A DNA stretch of 64,000 nt from Callorhinchus milii (GCF_018977255.1 NW_024704743.1:84384001-84448000); one strand, 5' to 3'. Shown: positions 51,631 to 64,000, numbered from the stretch's first letter. Numbers and translations are program-made. The notes: a model not told the origin generated them from the sequence alone.

Positions 51631-53328
51631 CAGCTGAAGTACCAAAAATAACAAACAAATCATCAAAATAGTCAGTTCGTCAATGGACAAGTAGATAAAT
51701 GACAGGTATTCACGGCCGAAGGTAGTTAAATTTAGCAACAAGGAAAGAATAACCCTTAAAGGTCCTCAAATGTCTTTATATTATAAGAAACCCAAAAAGC
51801 CTATTTTGCCCAACAAATATGTTCCTTTCCCCCCACCTCCCTTTCCAATGTCATGTATAACTTACCCTATATTGAAATCTAACTCTTCCATCTAACCATG
51901 TTGTGAAAAGTTCTGCTTTAGTATTTCCTGCTCTTCTGAGTAAAGAAAGCAAATATCCATCCATCCTATTTTTCCGCTGTGCAACTCTGACCCTAACAGC
52001 TTTTCAAAATAATACCCCCTCAACCGCAGGCTCAAGCAGCACAGGAACCATTGGGTCTTGCGAAGTGCCCACCATCTCAGTCTGTACCTACCACTGCAGC
52101 CTAGAATCCCACCTTCAAACAGATTTTTATCCAGCTCCTATTGAAGGAATTAATTGAGAAGTCCATTCATTTTATCCACCACTCTGTAAAAAAAAATCTC
52201 TAATCTTACTTGAGGTTTGTTAATTTTAAACATGTAGCTCTTTGTTTCATAACTTAAATCAGATAGCTTCCTTAGATCTACATGCTCAGTGAATTTTAAG
52301 ATTATCAGAGACATGGAATCAATGCATCTTTTTTTATTCCTTAATGGGGCAAATATCACAGCAATTTGTTGTAGGTTCCTTAATTAGGACTATGAGTCAC
52401 AAATAGAGACTTCAATGATCAGAGTCCATGAGCCTATCCAGGTAGATCGCATGGGTCTGGATGACATACGGGAAGGGTCATTCACAACTCTTAAGTTTTC
52501 AAAAGGGAATCATGTTATTGAACTGTGCAATTAAGGCACCAGTTTGGTTTACATTTCGATCGCATTATACATCGTGTTTGCGACATCAGCTACTGACATT
52601 ATGCGTAACGCCGCTTGAAATTTCAGCCCATATTTTGCTCCTCATAGCTCACAACCACAGCAGGGAATCATGAAGGTCAAATCAACACCTTTACACTTTG
52701 TGTCACAATGTGTCAGTTCACGGGTAGCCACCTCATACTGCACTTAATATTTGGAAGGGATTGCTTCATCTTAATAACATCTTTGGTCACACACATGTGG
52801 AAAATCATCACCATGTTTAAGAATTCCCAAACCAGACAGAGTGATGTATGTATGACATTTACACATGGAAATTTCCCTATATCTGGAAAGGAATACAGCC
52901 TCTAAGCATCTTTACTTCTGGAGAGTATTAGGCGCAGATTGGTGAGAGCCAAGGCCTGGAAATCCCAGAGGGTGTTGGATATGCTACAATTCAACCAGCT
53001 GTCTGGCAAGCTTCCCACTGCTTATCATGCTAGGACCACTGTTAGGGCTTTGGCTTGCAGGGTCAACAAGAGCTGAGTGGGAGGAATCCCTGCCCTCAGT
53101 GATTGATCTGCCCCTTTAAGTCCTGCCGATGAGCCAGACTGGCTGGTGTCTGATCAGCAGTGCCCTAGAATACTGCAGCCCCATGTGGCTCAGGACCTGG
53201 ACTACCAAGACTGCGCCAGAGGGTTGACTCAATCCTGATATTCCATTACCTTGGAGATAGCTCAGCCCTAAGGAGGAGAGTTACTAATACAGTTTCTCCC
53301 AGCATCGTGGCCAACAATCCCCCAAATA

Positions 53329-53654
53329 GTGGAGTCCTGTAGCTCAGTGGTTAGAGCGGTCGCCTTGCAAGCGAGACACCTGGGTTCAATTCCAGGCAGG
53401 GCGAAACTTTGGGCAAGTTTCCTTACTCCACACGCCTAATAATAACCCCTCCAAAACAAAGCAATAATAAATTGGTCATTTTCAATCCACGACAGTGTTT
53501 GTGGAACACTCACTACTGTGCGCAATTGGCTGCCGCGTTTCATCCACAAATATACAGTCAATTCACTTCACAGTATATTCTGTGAAGCACTTTGAGATGT
53601 CTGGAAGACTTGAAAAGTGCTATATCAAATGCAAGGATTATTATTAGTATTATT
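53329..53654 (+). mobile_element. SINE-B, short form, inserted in a DeuSINE fragment
   Basis: gtggagtcctgtagctcagtggttagagc..ccttgcaagcgag..ggttcaattcc; flanked by aaata on both sides. Confidence 0.92.
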
Positions 53655-53865
53655 AAATAAAAATGATCATTCATTTAATGTCTGTTTGTGGTACATTGCT
53701 GCACACTGTTCGTCATGTGATATCTAATATCTTAATATAAATCTGTGCTTCACAGCCTATCTCAAATTAGCTGCTTAGATCCACATCCTCTTTTCACATC
53801 CTTTCACATCCACATGCCTTTCAATGTTTCAAAGATTTGAATCATGCATCTCGCTTTTTTCCTCC

Positions 53866-54217
53866 ATAATAATAATAATCCTTGCATTTGATATAATGCC
53901 TTATCACATCTTCTAGACGTCTCACAGCGCTTCACCGAGTACGCTATAAAGTGAATTGACTATATTTGTGGGCGAAACGCGGCAACAAGTTGCGCACAGT
54001 AGTGTCCCACAAAAAGTCGTGGATTGAATGACTAAATTATTAATTTTTTTTAAGGATTATTATCCCCGAAAAGCGATTAGCCAATCGACTAACAACAAGG
54101 TTCCTACTGCTAGGTAAACAGAGGTGTGTGGAATAAGGAAACTTGCCCAGCATTTCATTCTACCGGGTCTCTCGCTTGCGAGGCGAGTGCACTAACCTCT
54201 GAGCTACAGGACTCCAC
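53866..54217 (-). mobile_element. SINE-B, long form
   Basis: (aat)n ccttgcatttgata tail to gagctacaggactccac head. Confidence 0.92.
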
Positions 54218-54247
54218 ATAGCAGGTCAAAATTGATGTGATTTGTTA

Positions 54248-54680
54248 CAGCCAGGTGATAGCACTTTTGCCTCTGAGTCAGCAGGTTGTGGGTTCAAGTC
54301 CCACATCCCGAGTCTGGACTTTGAACTCATTATTTAGGCTGGCACTTCAATACAATACCGGGAGAACGATGCACTGTCGGAGGTGTCGTCCTGAAAATGA
54401 GATGTTAATTCAGGCCCCGTCTAGTCTGTTCAGGTGAATGATAAAGATCCCATGGCACTATTCAGAAAGAGAAGGGAGTTTCTCCCAGCATCGTGGCCAA
54501 CAATCTCCCAAATAAAAATGATCATTAACTTCATGATTGTTTGTGGTACATTGCTGCATGTAAATTGGCTTCTGGATTTACCTGCAAATCCACAGTCATT
54601 TCATTTTCTAGTCCTGTGAAGCACTTTGAGACATTCTGATGATGTTATGAGGCACTATGGCAAATGCCAGCATTATTATT
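54248..54680 (+). mobile_element. DeuSINE, near full length
   Basis: gcctctgagtcagcaggttgtgggttcaagtccc; tgtcggaggtgtcgtc; aaagatcccatggcactattc. Confidence 0.9.
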
Positions 54681-55117
54681 AGAAATTGTGTAGCAGAAGG
54701 AAAAGAGAATAAAAAACGTACAAAGATAAAAAGGGTAATAATCTTAATGGAAGTTGTTATATTTACACACATCAGTATGCAGAAGCAAAATCTCCAAAGT
54801 GGTTCAATTCATTTATAAAAGTTGCCATTATGGGGCAGTTCAACACCAGATAAGGCAAGTTAGAAATGAGCAGCTGCAGCAACAGATTGCTTTGTTAAAT
54901 GAGTTTGCAGCTTAGTAATACCGAACAGTACTGTATTAGCAACTGCAGCATCAGGTGGATAAACATAGGGCTACAGGACTTGCTCTGAGGAGTTCTTACC
55001 AGCCTCTCTCAGGGCATACCTGGTCTTGTATCTGAGATTTATCTGAGTAAAGAGCAAAAGAAAGTGCTGAGGGTAGAGGAGAAGGCTGATCTCCACTCAT
55101 GAACGATCTCCGGTCGG

Positions 55118-55825
55118 GCAAAAAGTTGGCCAAGTTTCCTTACTCCACACGCTTTGGTTTAGCTAGCAGTAAGTAGGAACCCAGTTGTTAGTCGATTGGC
55201 GGATCGCTTTTCCGGGGGTAATAATTCTTCAAAAAAAATGATAAATAATAATAATAATCCTTGCATTTGATATAGCGCCTTATAATAATAATTATAATAC
55301 TTGCATTTGATATAGCACTTTACACGTCTTCTAGACGTCGCAAAGCACTTCACAGAATATACTGTAAAATGAATTGGCTCTGTATTTGTGGGCGAAACGC
55401 AGCAGCCAATTGTGCACAGCAGCATCTGTCCCACAAACTGTCATGGATTGAGTGACCAAATTATTATTGGGTTTTTTTCTTGAAGGATTATTATCAGGCG
55501 TGTGGAGTAAGGAAATTTGCCCAGCATTTTAGCTCGCTTGCATCACGAGTGCTCTAACCACTGAGCTACAGGACTCCACTCTCTTGTTATATTTACACAC
55601 ATCAGTTAAGTATGAAGAAGCAAAATCTCCAAAAGTGACTCAATTCATCTTATCACATTTTCGAGACATTTCAAAGCGCTTCACAGAATATACTGTAAAG
55701 TGAATTGACTGGATATTTTGTGGGCGAAACACAACAGCCAATTGCGCACAGCAGAGTAAATTGGTCACTCAATAAACAACTGTTTGTGGGACACTGCTGT
55801 GCGCAATTGGCTGCCGCATTTGCCA
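55118..55825. mobile_element. SINE-B cluster: plus copy (55118-55245 and 55757-55825) broken by minus copies (55245-55580, 55650-55753)
   Basis: Plus body stops in its AAT linker and resumes taaattggtcactcaat; doubled reverse tail at 55245-55315. Confidence 0.8.
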
Positions 55826-55842
55826 GTCAAGACTGCAATTGA

Positions 55843-56190
55843 TTGATTTCAAGATCCTCACGCTCACATATAAATCACTTGCCCTATCACCTCCCTAACT
55901 CTCAGCCTGCTTATACCCCACTTCTCTATCCACTTGCTTTGCTCAGCTGGCTGCGCCCTTCTACACATCACTCGTTCCCTATGCTCCACCATCGATGATC
56001 ATGCTTTTAACCACTAAACTCCAGAACTCTGGAACTTTATGTCTCAATCCCGCCGCCTTGCCCCTCCTTGCCCGTCTTCAGATCATACCTGAAGACCTTC
56101 CTCTTTGACAGTGCCTATGGTCACCTCCTTGACTCAGATTCAACCTCTATCACTGTTAACTGTTCCAAGATGCAAGCAGCGTGAAGAGCA
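55843..56190 (+). mobile_element. L2 3' fragment
   Basis: attgatttcaagatcctc (IDFKIL), ctctggaac, acctgaagaccttcctctttgac. Confidence 0.8.
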
Positions 56191-56219
56191 GGTCTCGAAC
56201 AAGTGGTCTAAGATTTAAA

Positions 56220-56480
56220 TAATAATAATAATCTGTGACTTTATTGGGAATAAAATAGTACTGTAGTGACTTTGTATTTTGTCGGCGAACATGGCAGCCA
56301 ATTTGCTTAAAGCAATATCCCACAAAAAGATATGAAGTGAATGATCAATTTTATCTGGAGGATTGCTGGCCAGGACACCAGGAACATCTTTTTCTTTTCT
56401 AATAGTGTCGCAGGATCTTTAACATCCACCTGAACAGGCACAGCCTGTTGATGTCTCATTGGAAGGATGGCAATTTGTGA
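56220..56480 (-). mobile_element. DeuSINE 3' part
   Basis: ggccaggacacc..ggatctttaacatccacctgaacaggca. Confidence 0.8.
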
Positions 56481-57492
56481 CGATGATGATGTCATGGTCA
56501 AGGGGTCTGCAAACTCGTCTGAATTAAGTCTCACTGTAATTTGCACCCTGCAGGTGGTAGGAATGGCTCACGTCTGTGAGAAAGTTGCTTTCCTGTTTGC
56601 CTCATTGTTTCAGCTATTTCCACCCCACAGGTGATAGGAACTGTCTGTTATTTCAATTGGTAGGAATGTTAACTTGTTTGCATTAACTCAGTCAATTTCA
56701 ATTTGTAAGGATGCTGCTATTTTGGCTGAATTGAGCCTCATTTGCATGGAGTCGAACTGTCTGTTATTCCCGTGCTTTTAAGGAGTGTCGGAGCATGTGA
56801 ACAAAGGTATAAATCACTAGGTGCTTGAGCAGGCAGGGGGAGTTGTACCTTGGAGGGACTTCTGACAAGAAGTTGGTCAGCTTGCCCACCAGACTCAAAC
56901 TGTGTATTGCGACTCTGACTTAATTTAAGGCTTTGAGATGTCGTCAAATTGTATGATTGTGCCAATAAATATTTGTAATTTATTTTGAGTAGTGCGTATT
57001 TTAATTGGTTAATATAAATGGGATACTGGTTTTGTCCTCCCAACTCAAAAACTATCGACACTAGTCACTGAGGAATGGGTATAAAATACCAATACTCATG
57101 ACAGACTTTGACAAGTTCCCCGAGCACTACACTGGAGTGTTTGCCTAGGTTGTGAGCTCAACATCCTGACATGGAGCTCAAACCCATAATTTCTCATGCT
57201 TAAGAAGATTTTCTTAAAATTTCTGAACATGAGCAATTCTGGAAGCTGATTTTCTATACTAGTGAAAGAGAACTATGGAAAAATGACTTCCAAATCTAAT
57301 GGAATTTAAGATAGTTTTCCAACATTCCCCAGCCCTACACCCCTACAAAGAAAAATGTTTTGAGCCGATGGGCATGAGGAATGTTATACTCAAGACCTGA
57401 AATTCAAGCTAGTGTCTATTTAAATTTGTTTGGTTTTGAACTTTAATATCACAGAATGATGGAACACTCTTCAATTCGGAAGTCTTAATTCT

Positions 57493-57876
57493 GTGGAGGC
57501 CTGTAGCTCAGTGGTTAGAGCACTCGCCTCGCAAGCGAGAGACCTAGATTTGATTCCCGGCAGACGAAATGTTGGGCAAATTTTTTTACTCAACATTTAC
57601 CTAGAATAAGTAGGAATCCAGTTGCTAGTCGATTCGCAGATCGCTTTTCTGGGGGTAATAATTCCTTCAAAAAAATAATAATAATACATTGGTCACTTCA
57701 ATACACGACTGTTTGTGGGAAACTACTTAGTGCAATTGGCTGCTGCATTTTGCCCACAAAATATACAATCAATTCAGTTTACAGTTAATTCTGTGAAGCT
57801 CTTTGAGACGTCTTGAATATGTGATAAGGCACTATGTTTATAAATGCAAGGATTATAATATTATAATAATAATAAT
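57493..57876 (+). mobile_element. SINE-B, long form
   Basis: gtggaggcctgtagctcagtggttagagcactcgcc; tttacctagaataagtagg; tail aaatgcaaggattat. Confidence 0.9.
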
Positions 57877-57972
57877 GAGCTCTTTGGCCCATCTGATCTC
57901 ATCCCTCCAGAATGCTACCCGACTTACCTCCCAGCAAAGCATCAAGCTATTTTTAAATGAGTTATGAGAGGA

Positions 57973-58574
57973 GTGTTTGCCAGCCTCAGTGGTAGCACTC
58001 TCATCTCTGTGGTCAGAACCCCAAATCGGGACTTGGAGTCACAAAGTCTAAGCTGATACTCCACTGCAGTGCTGGGGGTGTTGTATTGTCGGAGGTGCCA
58101 TCCTTCGGATAAGGAGTTGAACCCAGGTCCCATCTGCCTGTTCACATGGACTTTAAAAGAGAAGGGGATTCTGGTGACAAATCCCCATATAAAATTGGTC
58201 ACTCACTACATGGCTGTTTGTGGGACATTGCTGTGTGTAAAACTGTCTGCCACGTTTCGCCGGCAAAATACATAATAATAATAATAATCCTTGCATTTGA
58301 TATAGCGCTTTTCACGTCAGGAGGACGTCCCAAAGCGCTTCACAGAACACACTGTAAAGTGAATTGACTGTATATTTGTGGGCGAACGCGGCAGCCAATT
58401 GCGCACAGCAATGTCCCACAAACAGTCGTAGATTGAAAATGACCAATTTATTATTGTTTTTGTTTTTTGGAGGGATTAGCCAATCCACTTTGCAGTATAT
58501 CCTGTGAAGCCCTTTAAGATGTCTCGACAACGTGATAAGGCACTATATCAAATGCAAGGATTATTATTATTATT
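57973..58574 (+). mobile_element. DeuSINE split by a reverse young SINE-B fragment (58272-58478)
   Basis: Host stops at gcaaaatac and resumes agccaatccacttt; insert matches 39974-40190. Confidence 0.88.
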
Positions 58575-60904
58575 AAAAACTGGAGACTACGAGAATTATA
58601 TTCTGCATCACCTCCAATGGCAATTGATTCCAATAGTCCTGCTCTGGGCCACCGTATAATGGAAAGGCAAGAGCTAAGGAAACAAGCTCAACGTCACTAT
58701 TTGTTACTGTAGGAAATCATCACCTCTGGGACCTGTACACAGTCATATATTGCACGCAGTGTATGATCATTTACATTTTCTTCTCTGACCTTCTTACATT
58801 ACAGTATCTGCCAATACCTTTACTTCAATAGGGCTGGATATCAGGTGTTCTGCTGGATTATTGATGACCATGTTGTAATCATTCTGGGGAATGCAGCTTT
58901 AATGTGTTTCAGAGATACTTGGTGTCTTATGAAAGGGACTCCACTCTTTGACTCTCCTTGCCTTTTTATTCAATTCTACCTAGAAAATGCGTTGAATGGA
59001 AGTGAGAGGCAATTCTGTAACTTGTTATGGTTTGTTAATATGCATGTTGTTAAGAACAGCAAGGTGGCACAGGGACTTCATAGGGGTGGGTCCTCAACAA
59101 TTATAAAGTGTGAACACAGGGATCTAGAGTCATGCTCTATGATCTGCATCATTTATATCAAGGCAAGCAACATGGAATGGCAGTGTGATGATACAATGTC
59201 ACTGCTCACTCCTCTGGCCTCCGCAACAAATTCTGAGATTGAGCAGACCCTGCTGCCCTTTGACCTCAGCTCAGTGGCAGTCAGAATGAGCTGTACGGCA
59301 GCCCCTCGGGGCATTGTATCCAATTCACAATAAATACTCACCTTCTCATTCGTTATCGCCTAAATTAAAGCCAAAAAAACATGCTCCCGAGTTCATATAT
59401 ATTTTAAAAAGCCTTTTGTTTGAAACCGCACTAAAGGGATTATTTGCAATTCTTTTTTGATTGGGTTAAAATGATTTGACATGCACGAGTCAAACGTACC
59501 TTGACCTACAGAAACAATCTTGTGAAGAAGAAAACAGGTGAATGAAAGCTGTCTTCTTTTACAGCTGGTTAATGCCAGAGCCTCAGTTTGTAATCAGGGT
59601 GTAGCAAGCTCAAGTGGATATCACTCCTTGCAGCCAAGCACACTGATAAAGGGACTGGTCAAGGAGTAATGAGCATTGGATGGAAACAGCTGGGGACTCT
59701 CAAGTGCTGTGGCGATTGCCCGTAGCATGTTGTCATAAGCAATTTAAGAAGATGACACCATTCACTGTAAAGATTATTTTCAAACCAGCAACAAACCACA
59801 AAAACGTGTCCCTTGTTCATTGATAAAGCGAACACAGAACACATGAAATGAGGGAAGAGAATATGCAGGAAGCAACAGAGGATAAACACACTGTCTGCTT
59901 ACGTGATGATATTTTAACACTAGATAATCTGAATATAAAACAGTGGGTTCAGTTTGCTACTGTGTGCAGTTCGTTAAACCATGAGGAAGCACAGCAACAA
60001 AGAAGGTCATTTGATTCATCAAGTTCACTCCTCCTGAATGACTGTGTACAGTTTGTACCTGGAGTCATCCCATAATGTTTTAATCTTCTGAGCGAGATGC
60101 AATAGTTACCATCAACCAGGAAAAGCAATTTTGTTGAAATCTCTCACTGGCTATACAAACGCTAGCTACTAAGTGCATTCAACACAAAATAAATTTAAAT
60201 CAAAATTGCAGCTTGGACTGAGGAAGGAGGTAAAAGGAGTGTGAGTAAAAATCCTGAGGCCTAATGTGCACTATTTCTTGAAGGCTTTCTTCAATAAGAT
60301 ATTGCAGTTCTCCAATTGGGGACTGCTTCTGAGAACTGGAGGTATTGCACACCAACCAATTCCAACAAGAATTCTAATATAATTTTTCTTTAAGGAATCC
60401 TCTTAAGAAACACTACAAATCAGAGCCTAATAGAACCACTCTCAGTGCAAAAATGACCCAAATAGATTCAGTCCACAATGATGGTAAAATCCATATCTCT
60501 ACTGGGTTTAAATGCACACTGATATTCCCTTGTTTTTTTGGGGGGGGAGGGTGATGAGGATATGCATATAGTATTTTTTCATTCTTTTAAAGAAATGTAT
60601 GCTTCCAATGCCACATGGAATCCCCAAATGAGAGAATAAACATGAAAACTGTCCCAGGCGTCTGCTGATGTTGCACTAATGGAGCCACTAGGAGGTGTGA
60701 GAGCATCCAAGATGGCCCATCCCATTGCTTTGCCAGTTCCTCCTCACTGATCTATCCCCTAGTTTTCTGTCAGTCCTATGATGTGCAACAGCTGAAATGT
60801 AAAAGGCTTCTACATAAATTCCCAAAGAACTGATTATCAACAATGCAGACACAGAATAGTTTTGCTCTCTAATCAATATTTCCCCAATCCTGAAGACATG
60901 GTGG

Positions 60905-61090
60905 CAATACAAATGACATTTATATGGAGCCTTTCTCGGAGGGACACAGCCTCAAAGCACTTGATACTGCTGGCTCAGCACTTGATACTGCTGGCTCGGC
61001 ACATGAGCTGGGGTGGAAGCCACTGGGGGTGAGGAGAGGCAAAATGACAGAAAACATGATCAAAGAGGTATGTCTTGAAACAGGCCAAAC
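60905..61090 (-). mobile_element. L2 3' fragment with 21-bp tandem duplication (60956-60997)
   Basis: FKTYLFDHVF in ORF 60975-61256; (agcacttgatactgctggctc)x2. Confidence 0.75.
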
Positions 61091-61554
61091 TGGTGCTGGA
61101 TTGTGGCTCCACAGGTACAGTTACTCTCTTGCAACTCACCCAGGTGTCCACTATGTAATGTTTAGCCATGTTTGAAGCAGCATTAAAGATGAGCAAAACA
61201 CCTTTTTTTCTGGAGCAAAAAAGGCTTTTATTATTTTTATGAGCTTTTTGTCCCAATAAGTAATGTGAATAAAATTATACCAATGTGTGTTAATATAGTA
61301 TGTGCAGTTGAAAAAAGAGTACTTTTGGAAGAGCTATAATCCCATTTTAATAATATACTATATTTATTGCTTCCATATATACAAATAAAACACTGGTATA
61401 TCCTATCAAATGGATACATGATCACCATTGTCACACACTCAGATCTTAAACAGATCTAACCGAATAAGTTAATGATGGTTATAAGGAGAATAAGCATAGC
61501 ACTGTGCTCAGCTCATTGGGAAGCCCTCTAGGTAGGTTTACAAGATCACCAGAG

Positions 61555-61800
61555 CGGATTAGATGAACAAGGCTATTGGATCTCATCTTTCCAGAATACC
61601 AATCCTTTCTGTCTTCCCATTAATGTACCCAGTTGTTTCTTAAATGAGTCCAGCAGTGTGTACTCAACCACCCTTCCTTGTAATGCATTCCAACTGTTAA
61701 CTACAAATCTCTGCAAAATAATACTTTCTGATGTCTGCCTTATAATCCCTCACAACTCTGAACCTGTCTCCCCTTGTCATTCTACCTTGTTTGCTGGAAA
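61555..61800 (-). mobile_element. CR1 3' fragment, degraded
   Basis: cagttgtttcttaaatgagtccag..cattccaactgttaact, similar to 17627-17770. Confidence 0.65.
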
Positions 61801-63149
61801 AGAAATGCTGTAGCTTGAAAGATTTGCTGTAGTATCTTTCTGGATTCATCACCTGGTGCCTCAGTGGATTTGATTCCAGTTCGTTTTCAAACTTAATTGA
61901 AAAATTAACTTTGAGGTTGCAGATGCTGGAGGAAGGAGAAACACAAATTGGTCATCACTAAATGTTACTCGTCTCCTTGTCTGAGTTGGCAATATTTGTT
62001 CAATCCCTTACAAAATGCAGCCTATGGTTATTAGTATTAGGTTATCCCTCTCCCCTGGGTGAGGTTTAATCTACTTTGACATGTATTCGTGAAGAAATGA
62101 CATGGCACTCTTTAGCTAAAGTACAATAAATGAATTAAGTGCATCTTTTCCAGAGCACAGGGCTTACAGTAAAAAATCACTACAGAATCAATGGAGCAAT
62201 CCTTTTAAAAATGCAGAGTATGGCTTGTAATCAGGTATTACCTATTTTCTATTAAATACTGCATGGATTTTATTTTAGAGATGCACAGATCTTGTTCAAT
62301 GATCTTGTTTGACGCCTTCTAAAGCAATGAACAAACGGAGGCACTAGAGTTTTGATACATTTAAAAAGAGCGCAGACGACAGTCACCATCCCCTTCATTC
62401 ACCTTGATGGGATGAGTGTGTTGCAGTATAAATGATGATCACAATCGTTTCAAACGCTAGCGTAGCTCTGAAGCTTGAACACAGATTGTGGGGGATGGGG
62501 TGGTGGGGGAGCCAAATCCTGCACTTTATTGACCTTCCAAAGCTCAGCCAACTGAGAAACCCAGAGTCTAAATCAGTTTCAGTTGCATAGGACCCATGTT
62601 AAAACAGAAGCTAAACTTCAGGTAGTTATCAAGTGAGTGTCATGCTTACCAGTTACACTTAACCAGAAGGAGGACAAGACACAGAGGAGTAGGATTTTAG
62701 AAGAAAAAGTTCTTCCTATAAGTGTACGAGTGCAGTATGTCATGTTATAATCAATGTGACAATTATCACAAAAACACCAATTTGATAATTGTTATATTAA
62801 ATCTGTTTGGAAATGTCCTATATATCCCTAAAGATTGGCTGTGCAACTATCTATTAGTTGCTATCCTGTTTACAGCTCGATTGAAGCACGTATCTCTGAC
62901 AACAGGAGCAACAATCGAGCAGAGAATTCTTTGGGCTCTAACATTATGCCAAGCCAGAGGGAGATGACACTAAAATATTCTCAAAATGAATCCAACCAAC
63001 CATTCTTTGGGAATAGATGGGAAGATGCTATGTTTCCTAACAGATTTGATACCATACCGCATCTGCTAGGAAAGATTATCTTTTTCACTGCTGTTGAGTG
63101 TTGTCGAAATGATTTGAGCATCTTTCCATTGTTAATTCCTATGCTCCAC

Positions 63150-63417
63150 CACCTGTTTCATGTCCTCCGCCCCTCTGCCCTACCCCACTGGTGGTAGAGC
63201 TTTAAATCACCTTGTCCCAATCTCTAAAACTCTCTTCCAAAATCTTTTTCATTCCCTCCCTCCCTATCCATTTTCCCAATATCTCCTTTGACTGTGACTT
63301 TGGCCACCTCCTTCCTGGTGCCACCCTGCCACCCATCCAACTCAGGCTCCCACTCTATCTCTGTGAAGTGCTTTGAGACATTCTGAATGGCATGACACAA
63401 ATGCAAATTGTTGTTGC
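63150..63417 (+). mobile_element. L2 3' fragment
   Basis: ggtggtagagcttt, ctcctttgactg, tail gtgaagtgctttgagaca..aaatgcaaattgttgttg. Confidence 0.7.
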
Positions 63418-64000
63418 TAATGCAGTTGTAAAATTATAATTAAAATACCATATGTCGCCCATAATAAAATTCACATAGAAGTATCAAAACAAAGACAGAC
63501 TTGTTTATTAAACAAGCAACAACTTCATGAACCATCAAATTTACACACATTTATACATTAATAGCATCAATTAGGTACCCTTATTAGAGATTAGCAAGTT
63601 CAACAGTTTAACATGCTCTGTTGTCAAATTTAGCAAATACCAACAACTTGAGAAGGGAGAGGCAAAGTGCTTCCTCTCAGGGATGGAGTCAGAGGTCAAG
63701 TCAGCACAGAAAGCTGCTGTGTACCTGGCTCAGGAGTACATTGTTTAGAGGTTTGTAAATAAGTCACTTCGCTATTCTCCCAGCTGGGGATTGTCATGTA
63801 GTACATGGGAAACACTTGTCAGGTATTCAGGACATAATTTGCAGTCTGACTGATTCCACCCACACCCATTAACCCGGATGTTAGCATTTGTTCTACATTA
63901 ACTCGGCTCTCTCAAAGGGTTGGCTCAATAACGCTTCCAAGACTGTACCTCCTCCACCCCACCCCCTTCAACAAGCTTAAAATAAATGCTTTTTTAAAAA

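Noticed and set aside
53329..53402. tRNA-Ala(TGC) gene
   Set aside because: No proper acceptor stem or terminator; continues into SINE body; multicopy
58845..59333. 162-aa ORF
   Set aside because: Non-ATG start, no recognisable domain, no convincing splice context
1..64000. Minus-strand excess of retroposons as evidence for an intron of a plus-strand gene
   Set aside because: Modest bias, small non-independent counts, and no exon found
1..64000. CRISPR array or prokaryotic operon-type system
   Set aside because: Repeats are dispersed SINE/LINE tails, not regularly spaced; no gene-dense coding region

Overview
Non-coding vertebrate DNA (intergenic or intronic). The repeat families suggest a cartilaginous fish, possibly a holocephalan such as Callorhinchus; this is inference from recalled family consensuses. 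I recognise no host protein-coding exon, and the only ORFs with recognisable protein are LINE ORF2 C-terminal remnants (L2 at 33859-34500, CR1 near 42918-43103). The window is dominated by (i) an old DeuSINE (SacSINE1/AmnSINE1-like), (ii) a younger chimeric tRNA-Ala(TGC)-headed SINE ('SINE-B') that shares the DeuSINE 3' half and an L2-like tail, (iii) L2 and CR1 3' fragments, and (iv) Penelope-like fragments with a decayed minimal hammerhead-ribozyme core. Single features include a 127-bp hAT MITE with a perfect 8-bp TSD, a ~415-bp decayed 28S rRNA fragment nested in L2 inside a SINE, a palindromic TTAA-bounded element, a perfect 20-bp hairpin and local templated duplications. Repeat-free blocks rich in homeodomain/TALE motifs (about 23.8-24.7, 26.5-28.1, 30.7-33.3 and 40.7-41.4 kb) look like enhancer-type conserved non-coding elements. 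I found no convincing new multi-gene system. Repeat boundaries were read by eye and may be off by about 10-20 bp unless a TSD is quoted.
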